Below are positions 31,628-40,524 of a stretch of DNA of 64,000 nucleotides, in pieces. A program made the position numbers and the translations under genes. This DNA comes from Candidatus Poriferihabitans sp. (GTDB taxonomy: Bacteria; Pseudomonadota; Gammaproteobacteria; Arenicellales; Poriferihabitantaceae): contig OZ244855.1 in the NCBI GenBank assembly GCA_965220975.1, forward strand, positions 912,954-976,953, given 5' to 3'. The notes under the pieces were generated by a model, which saw only the letters and a program-made list of their open reading frames with translations, was not told the DNA's origin and made no database searches. Numbering within the stretch: position 1 is the stretch's first letter; each line of letters opens with the position of its first letter.

Positions 31628-32100
31628 TAGCCGCATGTAAATGTTTCATGGTTTCTCACCGAAGTAAATGGACATCTTGACCATTATACCCAATTCAAGC
31701 GACAAGTTGGATGGATTTTCAAACTGAGCTACTGCCCATTGTCCGCAGGCCTTCCGATGTGATGTTGCGGCCTGCGGGAAACCAGCAGCAGGAGCACGGT
31801 CCCCGTCCGTCTCTCGTTCCTCCTCGTTCCAACGCTTTAAAACCCTCGATAACAGTGATATACTATGATCTTGAGCATTAACATGGTATGCATCGCATCC
31901 GGGTCCTAGGAGGTTGACTGCCACGTGATCCGGGACGCGACCTGTCTTTTGGCATGACGCTGAGCGTGCAGTAATGTCTGGGCTTGGAACCGGAAGGAAT
32001 ATCCCGGATTCGCATGCCCGTTCGCAACAGGACGGCAACCGAAGCTGGCTGGCAGGACAGTCGCCAAATTACAACTTGAAATCAATGCAGGAGTAGTCAA

Positions 32101-32838
32101 ATGAAATTCAGAATACCCCCCCCCTCACTGGCACTCGCTATCGTCCTGATCGCATTCGGGGCGCATTCGCAGTCGCAGGAGGTCACCATCTTCCATACAT
32201 CAGGCGGCACCGGATGGAGCAACCCGAAAGCAAGCCTGAGAATCTTTGAACTAGGTGACGTTGAGACTCGTGATCTGGTTATCGAGGAACGGAACTGGCC
32301 AGCGACGGTGGCCTTCGGCGTGGGATCCGAATCCCGATGTGCATATGGCAGTGGAGATGCAACGCGGCTGGTCGGCTTCCACAACGCGAGTGGCCGCTAT
32401 ACCGGCGGCCAGCCCATCGCCACAGCCTGCACGTATTGGGGTCAGCCAAAATGCTCGAGAACATTGACCCATGATGGAAGAACATATACGGCCAATCGTG
32501 GAAGACCTCCCTGCCCACCTAATCCGCAGCAGGATACGAACAATGAGCCCACTAGCACCCATATCCCCCATACCGGCATGTTCACGGTCCGGATTTACAG
32601 CAAGGTCTGCCTGAACGGGACCGTGGGCGGAGCGGAGCGGTGCTCACAGTTTGGCCCCGGCGGACAGCGGGTTACTGCTGGCCAGTGGCTCAGCCACATC
32701 AACCAGAACGGCTACCGTGCCACCTTCGCGCCCGGGCTGAATTGCGGGCCGGCTCGCTGGCCCACGCCGGAAATGCAGACTCGAGGCCGTCCTGCCTACG
32801 CCGAGTGGTGCGACTTCACAATTAATGTTAGCCACTGA
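32101..32838 (+). CDS. Secreted 8-cysteine protein of unknown function (paralog 1, in frame)
   Basis: A GGAG sits 7 nt upstream of the ATG. The signal peptide is MKFRIPPPSLALAIVLIAFGAHS. The 245-aa protein aligns with the 59608-60436 product (FGVG..(R/K)C, FHNA(S/T)G.Y, KCSR, GRT(Y/F)TAN, (V/I)RI(Y/W)..VC, CGP.RWP, E(W/Y)CD.T(I/V).V) with all 8 Cys conserved. Confidence 0.8.
   Translation: MKFRIPPPSLALAIVLIAFGAHSQSQEVTIFHTSGGTGWSNPKASLRIFELGDVETRDLVIEERNWPATVAFGVGSESRCAYGSGDATRLVGFHNASGRYTGGQPIATACTYWGQPKCSRTLTHDGRTYTANRGRPPCPPNPQQDTNNEPTSTHIPHTGMFTVRIYSKVCLNGTVGGAERCSQFGPGGQRVTAGQWLSHINQNGYRATFAPGLNCGPARWPTPEMQTRGRPAYAEWCDFTINVSH
32116..32124 (+). repeat. Homopolymeric C9 tract at codons 6-8 of the secreted-protein gene
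   Basis: Counted directly: ATG AAA TTC AGA ATA CCC CCC CCC TCA. It encodes PPP between the start and the signal-peptide h-region and keeps the gene in frame. Confidence 0.9.
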
Positions 32839-33223
32839 TGACCTCAATTCGTCAACGGCGTACGGGAGGCGGTTTCGGTTACCTCCTTCCCCTTGTCGGC
32901 TGAATGCCGGCAGACCGTTTCCCGGATCAGGGGGAAGGGGCATGCTGTCGACATGATAACAGCACTCTTCACGGAGGGTGGAAAATGTCTGGATACCGGT
33001 TGGCAGGGGACAGTGTTCTGACTGAATGTTGCCATTCGATGATGCGATCATCCTGACATGCGAGTGGTTGCTTATTTGTTTATCAGACGTTTTGCTGAAA
33101 AACAGGTGAAAATATTTTTCACTTCAGGTACATAACACCCCTATTAATATTGGCTTCCGCGAATCCAGGAGAAGATGTTTTTTCGGCAAGCAAAGCCGAC
33201 CTGAAGAATTCTGCACGGCAGCT

Positions 33224-33600
33224 CTAGCTCTCTTCAGCTGTCCTGTCCAGTAATCCGACGCAACCCACATAATTCCCATCGCAATGCGTAAAATTGTCAA
33301 GGTCCGGATCGCATGGACTGTTGTCCCAGACAACGACGCAACTCTCCAGAGGTGGATTGGCGACAGGGCAATCGGCGGGAGTATCGAACCGGATGATGAC
33401 ATTGTTATTAGTGATTCTATCTGGACTCCCATTGAGCAAAATCTTGGTCATCTTGACATTGCTGAGCGTGTACCGGGCTTCCGCCGTTCCGGTAGCCAAG
33501 GTCAAAGCTGCCACTGCAATGGCGATCAGTACTGTTAATTGGCGGGGGAAGGGATCTTGAAACAGGCCACCACCTGTTTGTGTTTAAACGAACGCAACAT
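33224..33600 (-). pseudogene. Candidate small secreted Cys-rich protein with a frameshifted start
   Basis: The open frame encodes ...QLTVLIAIAVAALTLATGTAEA (signal-peptide-like) followed by an 83-aa tail with 5 Cys. It has no ATG in that frame. ATG 33600 (MLRSFKHKQVVACFKIPSP) is one nt out of phase, and the frames meet at a C5 run (G5 at 33544-33548 on the plus strand). Confidence 0.35.
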
Positions 33601-33897
33601 GCAAACGGCAATCCGGGCAAAGTCAGAATTGCTGTTGGCTCAGCGGTCATCGTGCTAGCGCGAGTTTAATTGCTTGATTGATCAAGGATTCAAGAGAAGT
33701 AGCTTCTTATTCGCATCAATCCTGATCCATCCCTGTTTCGAGATCTGGGCGAATAATCCTAAAATGTTTTTCACTACAGGTAAATCTGGACAAATTTTTG
33801 CATTCTTGTTTTATTCAAAAGAAAGTGAACTGCCCGTTAGTACTTGCAGAACAAGATCCAAGCGAGCAAATCTGTCGATCGGATTGAGCTAGACTAG

Positions 33898-34749
33898 GGC
33901 GTGTTAACACAATTTTCCATGAGATGTGGTATACTTGCCACCCTTGTTTTCAGTAGAAGCAATGCGGAGGAACAGGCAAGTGGAACTCACCCGGATACAG
34001 TACGAGCTCATTGCGCCGCTGCTGCCGAGGCAGCGGGGCAATGTCAGCCTCTCGAACCTGCAGGTACTCAACGCCATTCTGTAGGTGGCCGAGCACGGCT
34101 GCAAGTGGCGTGGCCTGCCGGAGCACTTCGGAAACTGGCACGCTGTCTACACGCGCATGAACCGGTGGTCGAAGAACGGCGTTCTGGACCGCGTGTTCGA
34201 GGCCCTGCAGCGGGAGCAGATGATCCGGGTCCGGGTCGAGGCCCTGAGCCTCGACAGCACCGGCATGAAGGTACATCCCGACGGTACAGGGGCTCGAAAA
34301 AAAAACGGCCCGCAGTGCATCGGCAAGTCCCGGGGCGGATGGAACACCAAACTTCATATGGTTGCCGCGGATGCCCGGACAGCCGTCGCCTTCGCGCGCT
34401 CTCCCGGCAATGCCCATGATGCCCCACAGGGACGGCAACTCCTGAAGCGGCTGGGCCGGCCGTCGAACCGGCCGGCCCTGATCATGGACCGGGCCTGCGA
34501 GGATGACGAAACCCGACAACTGGCGGTCGATCTCGGCTTCACCCCCGTGGTGCCTCCGAAGAGCAACCGCACGGCTCCCTGGAAATACGACCGGGAACTG
34601 TACAAGAGGCGCAACGAGGTCGAGCGCCTGTTCCGGCGGCTCAAGGGCTTCCGACGGGTGTTCTCGCGCTTCGAGAAACTCGATGTCATGTTCCTCGGAT
34701 TCATAGTCTTCGCACTCATCATCGATGCACTGATTAGCGTTAACACGCC
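33898..34749 (+). mobile_element. IS5-family (IS427/IS1031-like) insertion sequence, about 852 bp
   Basis: Perfect terminal inverted repeats GGCGTGTTAAC at 33898-33908 and 34739-34749. CTAG lies on both flanks (33894-33897 and 34750-34753). GC-rich relative to the surroundings. Confidence 0.85.
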
Positions 34750-34753
34750 CTAG
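33962..34753 (+). pseudogene. IS5-family DDE transposase interrupted by one in-frame TAG
   Basis: MRRNRQVELTRIQYELIAPLLP...NAIL[TAG at 34082-34084]VAEHGCKWRGLP...YKRRNEVERLFRRLKGFRRVFSRFEKLD. The stop replaces the conserved Tyr of the ILY motif. The rest of the frame is open. Confidence 0.85.
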
Positions 34754-36405
34754 TCCAAGAAGTCTTCTCTCTTTCCGAGATCTTTCTTAATCCTTTGTCT
34801 AAGCTCGAACTTTCGAATTTTACCAGTAGAGGTTTTGGGCAATTCACCAAAGATTACATATCGCGGACATTTGAATCCAGCTAAGTGTTCACGACAAAAC
34901 TCAATGATATCTTCTTCATCACATAGTTCATCTGGTTTGAGCTCAACAAATGCACAGGGAGTTTCACCCCACTTGTCGTCGGGTTTGGCAATTACTGCTA
35001 CAGCTGCAACTTTCGGATGTTTGTAAATGGCAGATTCCACTTCAATTGATGAGATATTCTCACCGCCCGAAATGATTATATCCTTTAGTCGATCCTTAAT
35101 TTCCAGATAGCCATCCGGGTGGACCACTGCCAGGTCTCCGCTATGGAAACTGCCGCCTTTGAATGCCTCATTGGTCGCATCAGGGTTTTTGTAATATCCC
35201 TTCATCACTGGATTTCCACAGAAAACCACTTCTCCCAGTGACTTTCCATCTTGGACAACATCCTGACCTGTTTCAGTATTAACTACACGTACTGATTCCA
35301 TCATTGGAAAACGCACACCTTGTCTGACCTTGATTTCTGCCTGTTTATCGATATCAAGATTTGTCCATTCACTTTTCCAGTCGCAAAAGACTACATGTCC
35401 AAAAGTTTCGGTTAGACCATAGACATGGGTGACATGAAATCCGAGCTTCTGGACTTGTTCAAGGATTTTACTTGGTGGTGGTGCGCCGGCTGTCATGATC
35501 TCAACCGTATAGTCTGGAGCACAAAGTGATGATTTGCGTGAGTTCGCCAACATTGCGAGGACGATCGGTGCTGCACCAAGGTGTGTAACTTTATGCTGTT
35601 GAATTGCCTGAAAAATAGTTTCGACATTAACAGCACGAGTACAGATCAGAGTTCCACCCATGAGAGTCATGGTCCAAACATGCCCCCATCCATTGCAGTG
35701 GAACATGGGTACTGTATACAAGTATCGGGGGTTCTTTTTTATATTCCAGGCAGCGACAGTTCCCATGGACATGAGATATGCTCCTCGATGATGATAAACC
35801 ACGCCTTTTGGACGTCCACTGGTTCCAGAGGTGTAATTTAGGGTCAAGGCATCCCATTCGGATTCGGGGTACCCCCAATCTACTGTTATTCCCGCAGAGT
35901 CCAATAACTCTTCATAGGTCATAATTCCAAGCAGTTCGCCAGATTCTTCCTGCAGTTCCTGGTCAAGAATGTCAATGACGATGGGTTTGACCTTTAGTTT
36001 GGAAAGGGCTTTTGAGATAACGCTGGAAAATTGGGTATCTGTAATTAGAATTTCTGCATCACTATGCTCCAGAATATAGGCAATCGTATCTGGGTCAAGA
36101 CGTGTATTTACGGAATTCAAAACCCCCTTTGCCATAACAACCCCAAAATGAGCCTCGGCAAGTTCTGGAGTGTTGGTTGCCATCATGGCTACGGTACTAC
36201 CTTCAGAAATACCAAGTTTGCGAAGCCCTCCTGCGAGCTTCAAACAGCGTTTGGATGTTTCATCCCAAGTATATGATCGACTTCCGTAAATTATGGATTG
36301 TTGATCAGCATACACCTCACTGGCCCTCTGCAAGAAGGAGATCGGGGTCAATTGCACAAAATTCAGTCCATTGATCTTGGGCAGTTCGTCGTAGTATTTC
36401 TTCAT
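34750..36405 (-). CDS. AMP-dependent acyl-CoA synthetase/ligase (medium-chain type; candidate MMPA- or acrylate-CoA ligase)
   Basis: 551 aa with the AMP-binding motif LNYTSGTSGRPKGV, YGLTE, and a GEL/PKTSTGKIRK C-terminus. Substrate is not assignable from sequence. Its TAG stop is part of the CTAG flanking the IS5 element. Confidence 0.85.
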   Translation of the reverse strand: MKKYYDELPKINGLNFVQLTPISFLQRASEVYADQQSIIYGSRSYTWDETSKRCLKLAGGLRKLGISEGSTVAMMATNTPELAEAHFGVVMAKGVLNSVNTRLDPDTIAYILEHSDAEILITDTQFSSVISKALSKLKVKPIVIDILDQELQEESGELLGIMTYEELLDSAGITVDWGYPESEWDALTLNYTSGTSGRPKGVVYHHRGAYLMSMGTVAAWNIKKNPRYLYTVPMFHCNGWGHVWTMTLMGGTLICTRAVNVETIFQAIQQHKVTHLGAAPIVLAMLANSRKSSLCAPDYTVEIMTAGAPPPSKILEQVQKLGFHVTHVYGLTETFGHVVFCDWKSEWTNLDIDKQAEIKVRQGVRFPMMESVRVVNTETGQDVVQDGKSLGEVVFCGNPVMKGYYKNPDATNEAFKGGSFHSGDLAVVHPDGYLEIKDRLKDIIISGGENISSIEVESAIYKHPKVAAVAVIAKPDDKWGETPCAFVELKPDELCDEEDIIEFCREHLAGFKCPRYVIFGELPKTSTGKIRKFELRQRIKKDLGKREDFLD

Positions 36406-36851
36406 CGTTCTGTTGATTTTACCGAGTATTTACATGGTAAGGATATGATAACACCCACATCCTGAACAGAAATTGACCGCTGATGATCAGTTGCAATATT
36501 TCTTCAGATTTCGCCAGTAGAGCAAGGTTAAATCAGCTTTACGTCAAACGCGTTCCAACACCGAAAGGTTATGGTCTTCATACACCAATCCAGGTTGGAC
36601 AATCCGATTTATGATGATGGGAGCGAAGAAAACGCTGAGAATCTGGAATTGGTGATGTAAGCGATGGTGGATGTGTTGTTCAATGTATGGTTTAAGCATG
36701 TTCAGTGCGATGAATTAAGTTGTGCCCACCAATTGACATTATTCTTGTGTCGCTCGGTCAATAATAGTCATGCCGACTCACCTGAGCATGTTTCAAATCG
36801 CAGACATAACTGTCAACGCAATCGGCAATCTTGTCTCAGTAACTTCCGTTT

Positions 36852-38251
36852 GAGTTATGGTCGAAAGTAGTGCGTGGGCGGAAAGGGGGGTTGAAAAAAG
36901 CGGCGTAACCGGATTAACTAACAAATTTCAAAAACCGTTAACCAAGAGGTACGCCACCATGAGAGATGATAACATTATTGACTATTCAAAAATCGGCAAG
37001 TTCAAGGATGAATTGACCGCGATTCTGCGCGAGGGTGCCCGTCGGCTGCTGCAGGTGGCAGTGGAAGCCGAGCTGGGCGAATTCCTGAAGCAGTATGAAG
37101 ACCGCCGCACCGAACAGAACCTCCGGCTGGTGGTGCGCAGTGGCCATCATCCGGAGCGCTCGATCCAGACCGGGATCGGCTCGGTCCCGGTGCGGATTCC
37201 GAAGGTTCGTTCCAACGACGGCAAGCCGGTGACCTTCCGCTCGTCGGTGGTTCCGCCGTATGTGCGCAAGAGTCGCACGCTGGAGGCCTGGGTGCCCTGG
37301 CTGTACCTGAAGGGGGTCAGCACCGGCGAGATGGCCGGCGTGCTGTCCGGGCTGCTGGGGAAGCAGGCGAAGGGGTTCTCGCCGTCAGTGGTCAAGCGTC
37401 TCAAGCGGGTCTGGCTGGACGAGAGGAAGGAGTGGACGCAGCGTGACCTGAGCCAGGACCGGTGGGTGTACGTCTGGGCGGACGGGGTGTACAGCGGTCT
37501 CCGCAACGAGGAGACGAAGCTCTGCTGCCTGGTGGTGATCGGCGTGGACGACCAGGGCCGGAAGTCGATTCTGGCCATCGAGGACGGGGTGCGCGAGTCC
37601 ACCCTCAGCTGGCAGGACGTGCTGCTGGACCTGAAGAGCCGGGGCATGAACGCTCCGAAACTGGCGATCGGGGACGGTGCCATGGGGTTCTGGTCGGCAC
37701 TCGACCGGGTCTATCCGGAGGCCCGGCACCAGCGCTGCTGGGTGCACAAGACCGCCAACGTGCTGGCCGCCATGCCGAAGGCCATCCATCCCAAGGTGAA
37801 GTCGGCACTGCAGCAGATCTGGATGGCGGAGACCCGGAACCATGCCGACCGGGCCTTCGACCGTTTCCTGGCCCGCTACCAGGACAAGTATCCCAAGGCC
37901 GCAGTGAAGCTGATCGAGGATCGCAAGGAGCTGATGAACTTCTTCGACTTCCCGGCCGAGCACTGGCAGAGCATTCGTACCACCAACCCGATCGAGTCGA
38001 CCTTTGCCACGATCCGCCACCGGACCCGGACGACCCGGGGCTGCCTGAGCCGCGACACCATGCTCGACATGATGTTCAAGCTCGGCCAGTGCGCGGAATC
38101 CCGCTGGCGAAGGCTGCGCGGGTTCCGCAGGCTCGGACAGGTCATCGAGGGAGTGCAGTTCCAGGATGGAATTGAGGTACAATCAGACCAGAAAACGGTA
38201 GCCGCTGGATGAACCCCTTTCCGCCCCGCGCACTACTTTCGACCATAACTC
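36852..38251 (+). mobile_element. IS256-family insertion sequence (1,400 bp) with a 9-bp target duplication
   Basis: Imperfect IRs of about 40 bp, both starting GAGTTATGGTCGAAAGTAGTGCG (36852... and rc of ...38251). The direct repeat CTTCCGTTT lies at 36843-36851 and 38252-38260. Confidence 0.9.
36959..38212 (+). CDS. IS256-family (Mutator-like) transposase, apparently intact
   Basis: 417 aa from ATG 36959. Typical strings LREGARRLLQ, VYVWADGVY, AIGDGAMGFW, QRCWVHKTANVL and TTNPIESTFATIR. The long antisense and alternate-frame ORFs here are GC-rich shadows. Confidence 0.92.
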   Translation: MRDDNIIDYSKIGKFKDELTAILREGARRLLQVAVEAELGEFLKQYEDRRTEQNLRLVVRSGHHPERSIQTGIGSVPVRIPKVRSNDGKPVTFRSSVVPPYVRKSRTLEAWVPWLYLKGVSTGEMAGVLSGLLGKQAKGFSPSVVKRLKRVWLDERKEWTQRDLSQDRWVYVWADGVYSGLRNEETKLCCLVVIGVDDQGRKSILAIEDGVRESTLSWQDVLLDLKSRGMNAPKLAIGDGAMGFWSALDRVYPEARHQRCWVHKTANVLAAMPKAIHPKVKSALQQIWMAETRNHADRAFDRFLARYQDKYPKAAVKLIEDRKELMNFFDFPAEHWQSIRTTNPIESTFATIRHRTRTTRGCLSRDTMLDMMFKLGQCAESRWRRLRGFRRLGQVIEGVQFQDGIEVQSDQKTVAAG

Positions 38252-38547
38252 CTTCCGTTTTTCTCGCAAGGACATTCATCCATTTTTTTCGCTGTCTCAA
38301 CCCGGTTATTACATGTCCATGAATCTGTATCTATATTTTCCGAGATCGTTATGTAACCCTCGGCGTGTTCCTCAACATCCACCATGATGTGTTGAGCATG
38401 AACAGCTTGTACCAATCGTTCAAAACCATAAGAGGCATGATAGTCGCTCACCAAATCCTGCCTGACCTGTTCTAAGTCATGCTCATCATTGTAAAGTCCT
38501 TTCAGGAAGGCAATAACTTCTTGCGGCATGTGTGTTTCATGATTCAT
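38233..38547 (-). CDS. Hypothetical protein whose last codons were replaced by the IS256 insertion
   Basis: 104-aa ORF running into the IS256 right IR. Removing the IS and one TSD copy gives ...CPCEKNGSY* instead of ...CPCEKNGRSYGRK*. Confidence 0.45.
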   Translation of the reverse strand: MNHETHMPQEVIAFLKGLYNDEHDLEQVRQDLVSDYHASYGFERLVQAVHAQHIMVDVEEHAEGYITISENIDTDSWTCNNRVETAKKMDECPCEKNGRSYGRK

Positions 38548-38692
38548 GGCATTTTCTCCTTGTTTTGAATTTTACGGGATTCTCCCCAATCAACGAACGT
38601 AACCTTTCAAACAGTAATATGCTTTCTGACTGATATTCCAAAATTGCCTGGAAATCATCATAATACGAGCACTGTCCATATTCCAATGTCAA

Positions 38693-39826
38693 ATGATGAA
38701 ATCTACAACACATTCACCCCCGACTCTTTCACTCTCTCGTCGAATTCGCCGAACCCCATATGAACAGAGAGTGATGGAACAAGGGCCAAAATCCATGACA
38801 GTCTACAACAATACTCCATTAGCTACAGTATTTCGTTCGGCACAGCAAGATTATGAACATCTGTGTGAACATGTGCAGATCTGGGATGTGTCATGCCAAC
38901 GTCAGGTTCAGATTGACGGTCGAGATGCCTTGGAATTGATTGAACTCATTACACCAAGAGATATTTCAAGGTGTCAAATTGGGCAATGCATGTATATTCC
39001 ATTGGTTGATGAGAACGGATTGATAATTAACGACCCGGTACTGTTACGCACTAATACAGACTGTTTTTGGCTATCAACTGCAGATTCGGATGTTATGCTT
39101 TGGATTAATGGTATTGTATATGGCAAGGAATACTCAGTTAGGGTTTTTAGCCCAGACATCAATCCACTCGCCATTCAAGGACCTAAATCGGATGACTTGA
39201 TGGCTAGCTTGCTCGGAGACAAGATCCGTGAATTGCCATTTTTTCGTTTCGTACGTTCCGAATTGGCGGACACTCAATTCTATATCGCTCGGTCGGGATG
39301 GAGTGGTCAAGGCGGATTTGAAATTTATCTGGAAGAACATTGCAAAGGACTCGATTTGTGGGATTGTATCTGGGAGGCCGGTCAAAAATACAACATCCGT
39401 GCCGGTTGCCCCAATTCGATAGATCGAATACAGGCTGGGTTGTTATCCTATGGAAACGATATCACAATCAATGAGGATCCGTTCGAATGCGGACTCGGTC
39501 GCTTTGTCGATCAGTACAAGGAAGCAAATTGCATGTCAACTGACGCATTGAATGAGAGACTTGAGCAAGGCAAGGTATACAAGCTGGTTCAACTGCTGAT
39601 CAAGGGGGATCCCTTGCCACCTCCGCGTGACGTATGGTACTTGAATGATGAATCGGACACTGAGCGCGGCATCATAACAAGTATGGCACATTCAATTCGG
39701 TCTGGCGGCAATATTGCGTTTGCCATGGTAGAGGTACTGTGCTCGAATCCAGGCCAGACATTCTTTGTTGACATGGGTACAGAGGATCTGATTAAAGCGA
39801 CCATCATGATTCAACTCGCGGATTGA
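38693..39826 (+). CDS. GcvT-family aminomethyltransferase, DmdA-like (candidate DMSP demethylase)
   Basis: 377 aa. LSRRIRRTPY...VYNNTPLATVF...VQIWDVSCQRQVQIDG...ARSGWSGQGGFEIY resembles remembered DmdA sequences more than canonical GcvT. Family-level placement needs a phylogeny. Confidence 0.6.
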   Translation: MMKSTTHSPPTLSLSRRIRRTPYEQRVMEQGPKSMTVYNNTPLATVFRSAQQDYEHLCEHVQIWDVSCQRQVQIDGRDALELIELITPRDISRCQIGQCMYIPLVDENGLIINDPVLLRTNTDCFWLSTADSDVMLWINGIVYGKEYSVRVFSPDINPLAIQGPKSDDLMASLLGDKIRELPFFRFVRSELADTQFYIARSGWSGQGGFEIYLEEHCKGLDLWDCIWEAGQKYNIRAGCPNSIDRIQAGLLSYGNDITINEDPFECGLGRFVDQYKEANCMSTDALNERLEQGKVYKLVQLLIKGDPLPPPRDVWYLNDESDTERGIITSMAHSIRSGGNIAFAMVEVLCSNPGQTFFVDMGTEDLIKATIMIQLAD

Positions 39827-39959
39827 ACCATGATGCCTCTGATCGAGTCGAAAATGCTTGATCAGATTTTGGGTTGCTCCTTGTCCACTCGCCATAAACC
39901 CGGATAGAAATTAATCAACGCCAAGTAACGCGGACAAGAAACAAGTAGTACTCGGCCTG

Positions 39960-40436
39960 CTATGAAGTGATGTTCATGTTTGGCTTTGATTCTTCAAACA
40001 TGCGATAGGCAGTTTGATGCATGCCATACTTTCGATAAGCTTTCTGGGCAACGACATTATCTCGCTCTACGTATAGTCGAAAACCACAAACATTGCCTTC
40101 CTGTTGGGCAAGCTCCTTGACCTTCGAATAAAGTCTCCCATAAAGTCCCTGCTTGCGAAAATCCGATAAAACATAAACACTCTGGATCCACCAGAATTGA
40201 CCGCATCGCCAGTCGCTCCATTCAGTAGTGATCATGAGCGAACCGATGATTTGATCATCAGATGCGGCTACCAAATAAAATCCGAGATTCGGGTTGCTGA
40301 TGAGTTTCTCTACCCCCGATTCAACGACTCTCGGATTGAGATTCAGATTTTCAGTCTCCTTTGCAATGTTAATGTTAAACTGGGTTATCTGAGCAATATC
40401 CGCTAGGGTTGCACGCCGTATAACGATTCGATACAT
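39960..40436 (-). CDS. GNAT-family N-acetyltransferase
   Basis: 158 aa. Acetyl-CoA binding region VLSDFRKQGLYGRLY (Q/RxxGxG/A-like) within a GNAT-sized protein. Confidence 0.75.
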   Translation of the reverse strand: MYRIVIRRATLADIAQITQFNINIAKETENLNLNPRVVESGVEKLISNPNLGFYLVAASDDQIIGSLMITTEWSDWRCGQFWWIQSVYVLSDFRKQGLYGRLYSKVKELAQQEGNVCGFRLYVERDNVVAQKAYRKYGMHQTAYRMFEESKPNMNITS

Positions 40437-40524
40437 AACGATCCGCCGACTACAAGCGGGGCAGAAATGGAAGGGTAAACTGACAGATCCGAAGCCGATT
40501 CGGATCTGTCAGCTTGTCGATGAA

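Larger units (their letters stand above)
30715..31736 (-). mobile_element. Decayed 1,022-bp member of the GGYAGTGGCTCRGTTTGAAAATC TIR family, with an 8-bp TSD
   Basis: TIRs are at 30715-30738 (GGTAGTGGCTCAGTTTGAAAATCC) and 31713-31736 (rc GGCAGTAGCTCAGTTTGAAAATCC). The direct repeat CATTGTCC flanks it at 30707-30714 and 31737-31744. The interior holds only frameshifted transposase remnants and a 13-nt G tract. Confidence 0.8.

Noticed and set aside
31628-31650. Short ORF MKHLHAATPPPP... starting at the ATG before the C13 tract
   Set aside because: All three frames after the tract terminate within 16 codons. It is treated as a relic of a 5' leader, not a gene.
31646-32038. 130-aa minus-strand ORF between the decayed element and the secreted-protein gene
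   Set aside because: It has no motif, runs into the TIR, and after in-silico excision ends after 11 more codons. It is likely a GC-rich shadow frame. It might hold regulatory sequence for the divergent gene, but nothing supports a CDS.
32839-33050. GC-rich inverted repeats after the paralog-1 stop (GGAGG...CCTCC; CCTTCCCCTT...AGGGGGAAGG) and a weak TIR-like string at about 33005
   Set aside because: The hairpins have no clean T-run. The TIR-like string matches fewer than half of the positions of the family consensus.
37147-38182. Several long ORFs (178-265 aa) antisense to, or in alternate frames of, the IS256 transposase
   Set aside because: GC-rich DNA yields long stop-free shadow frames, and the IS256 transposase frame explains the region. 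The same reasoning applies to the alternate-frame ORFs over the IS5 element (33901-34746), the RND pump, ypjD (27386-28126) and the TVP38 gene (15702-16205).
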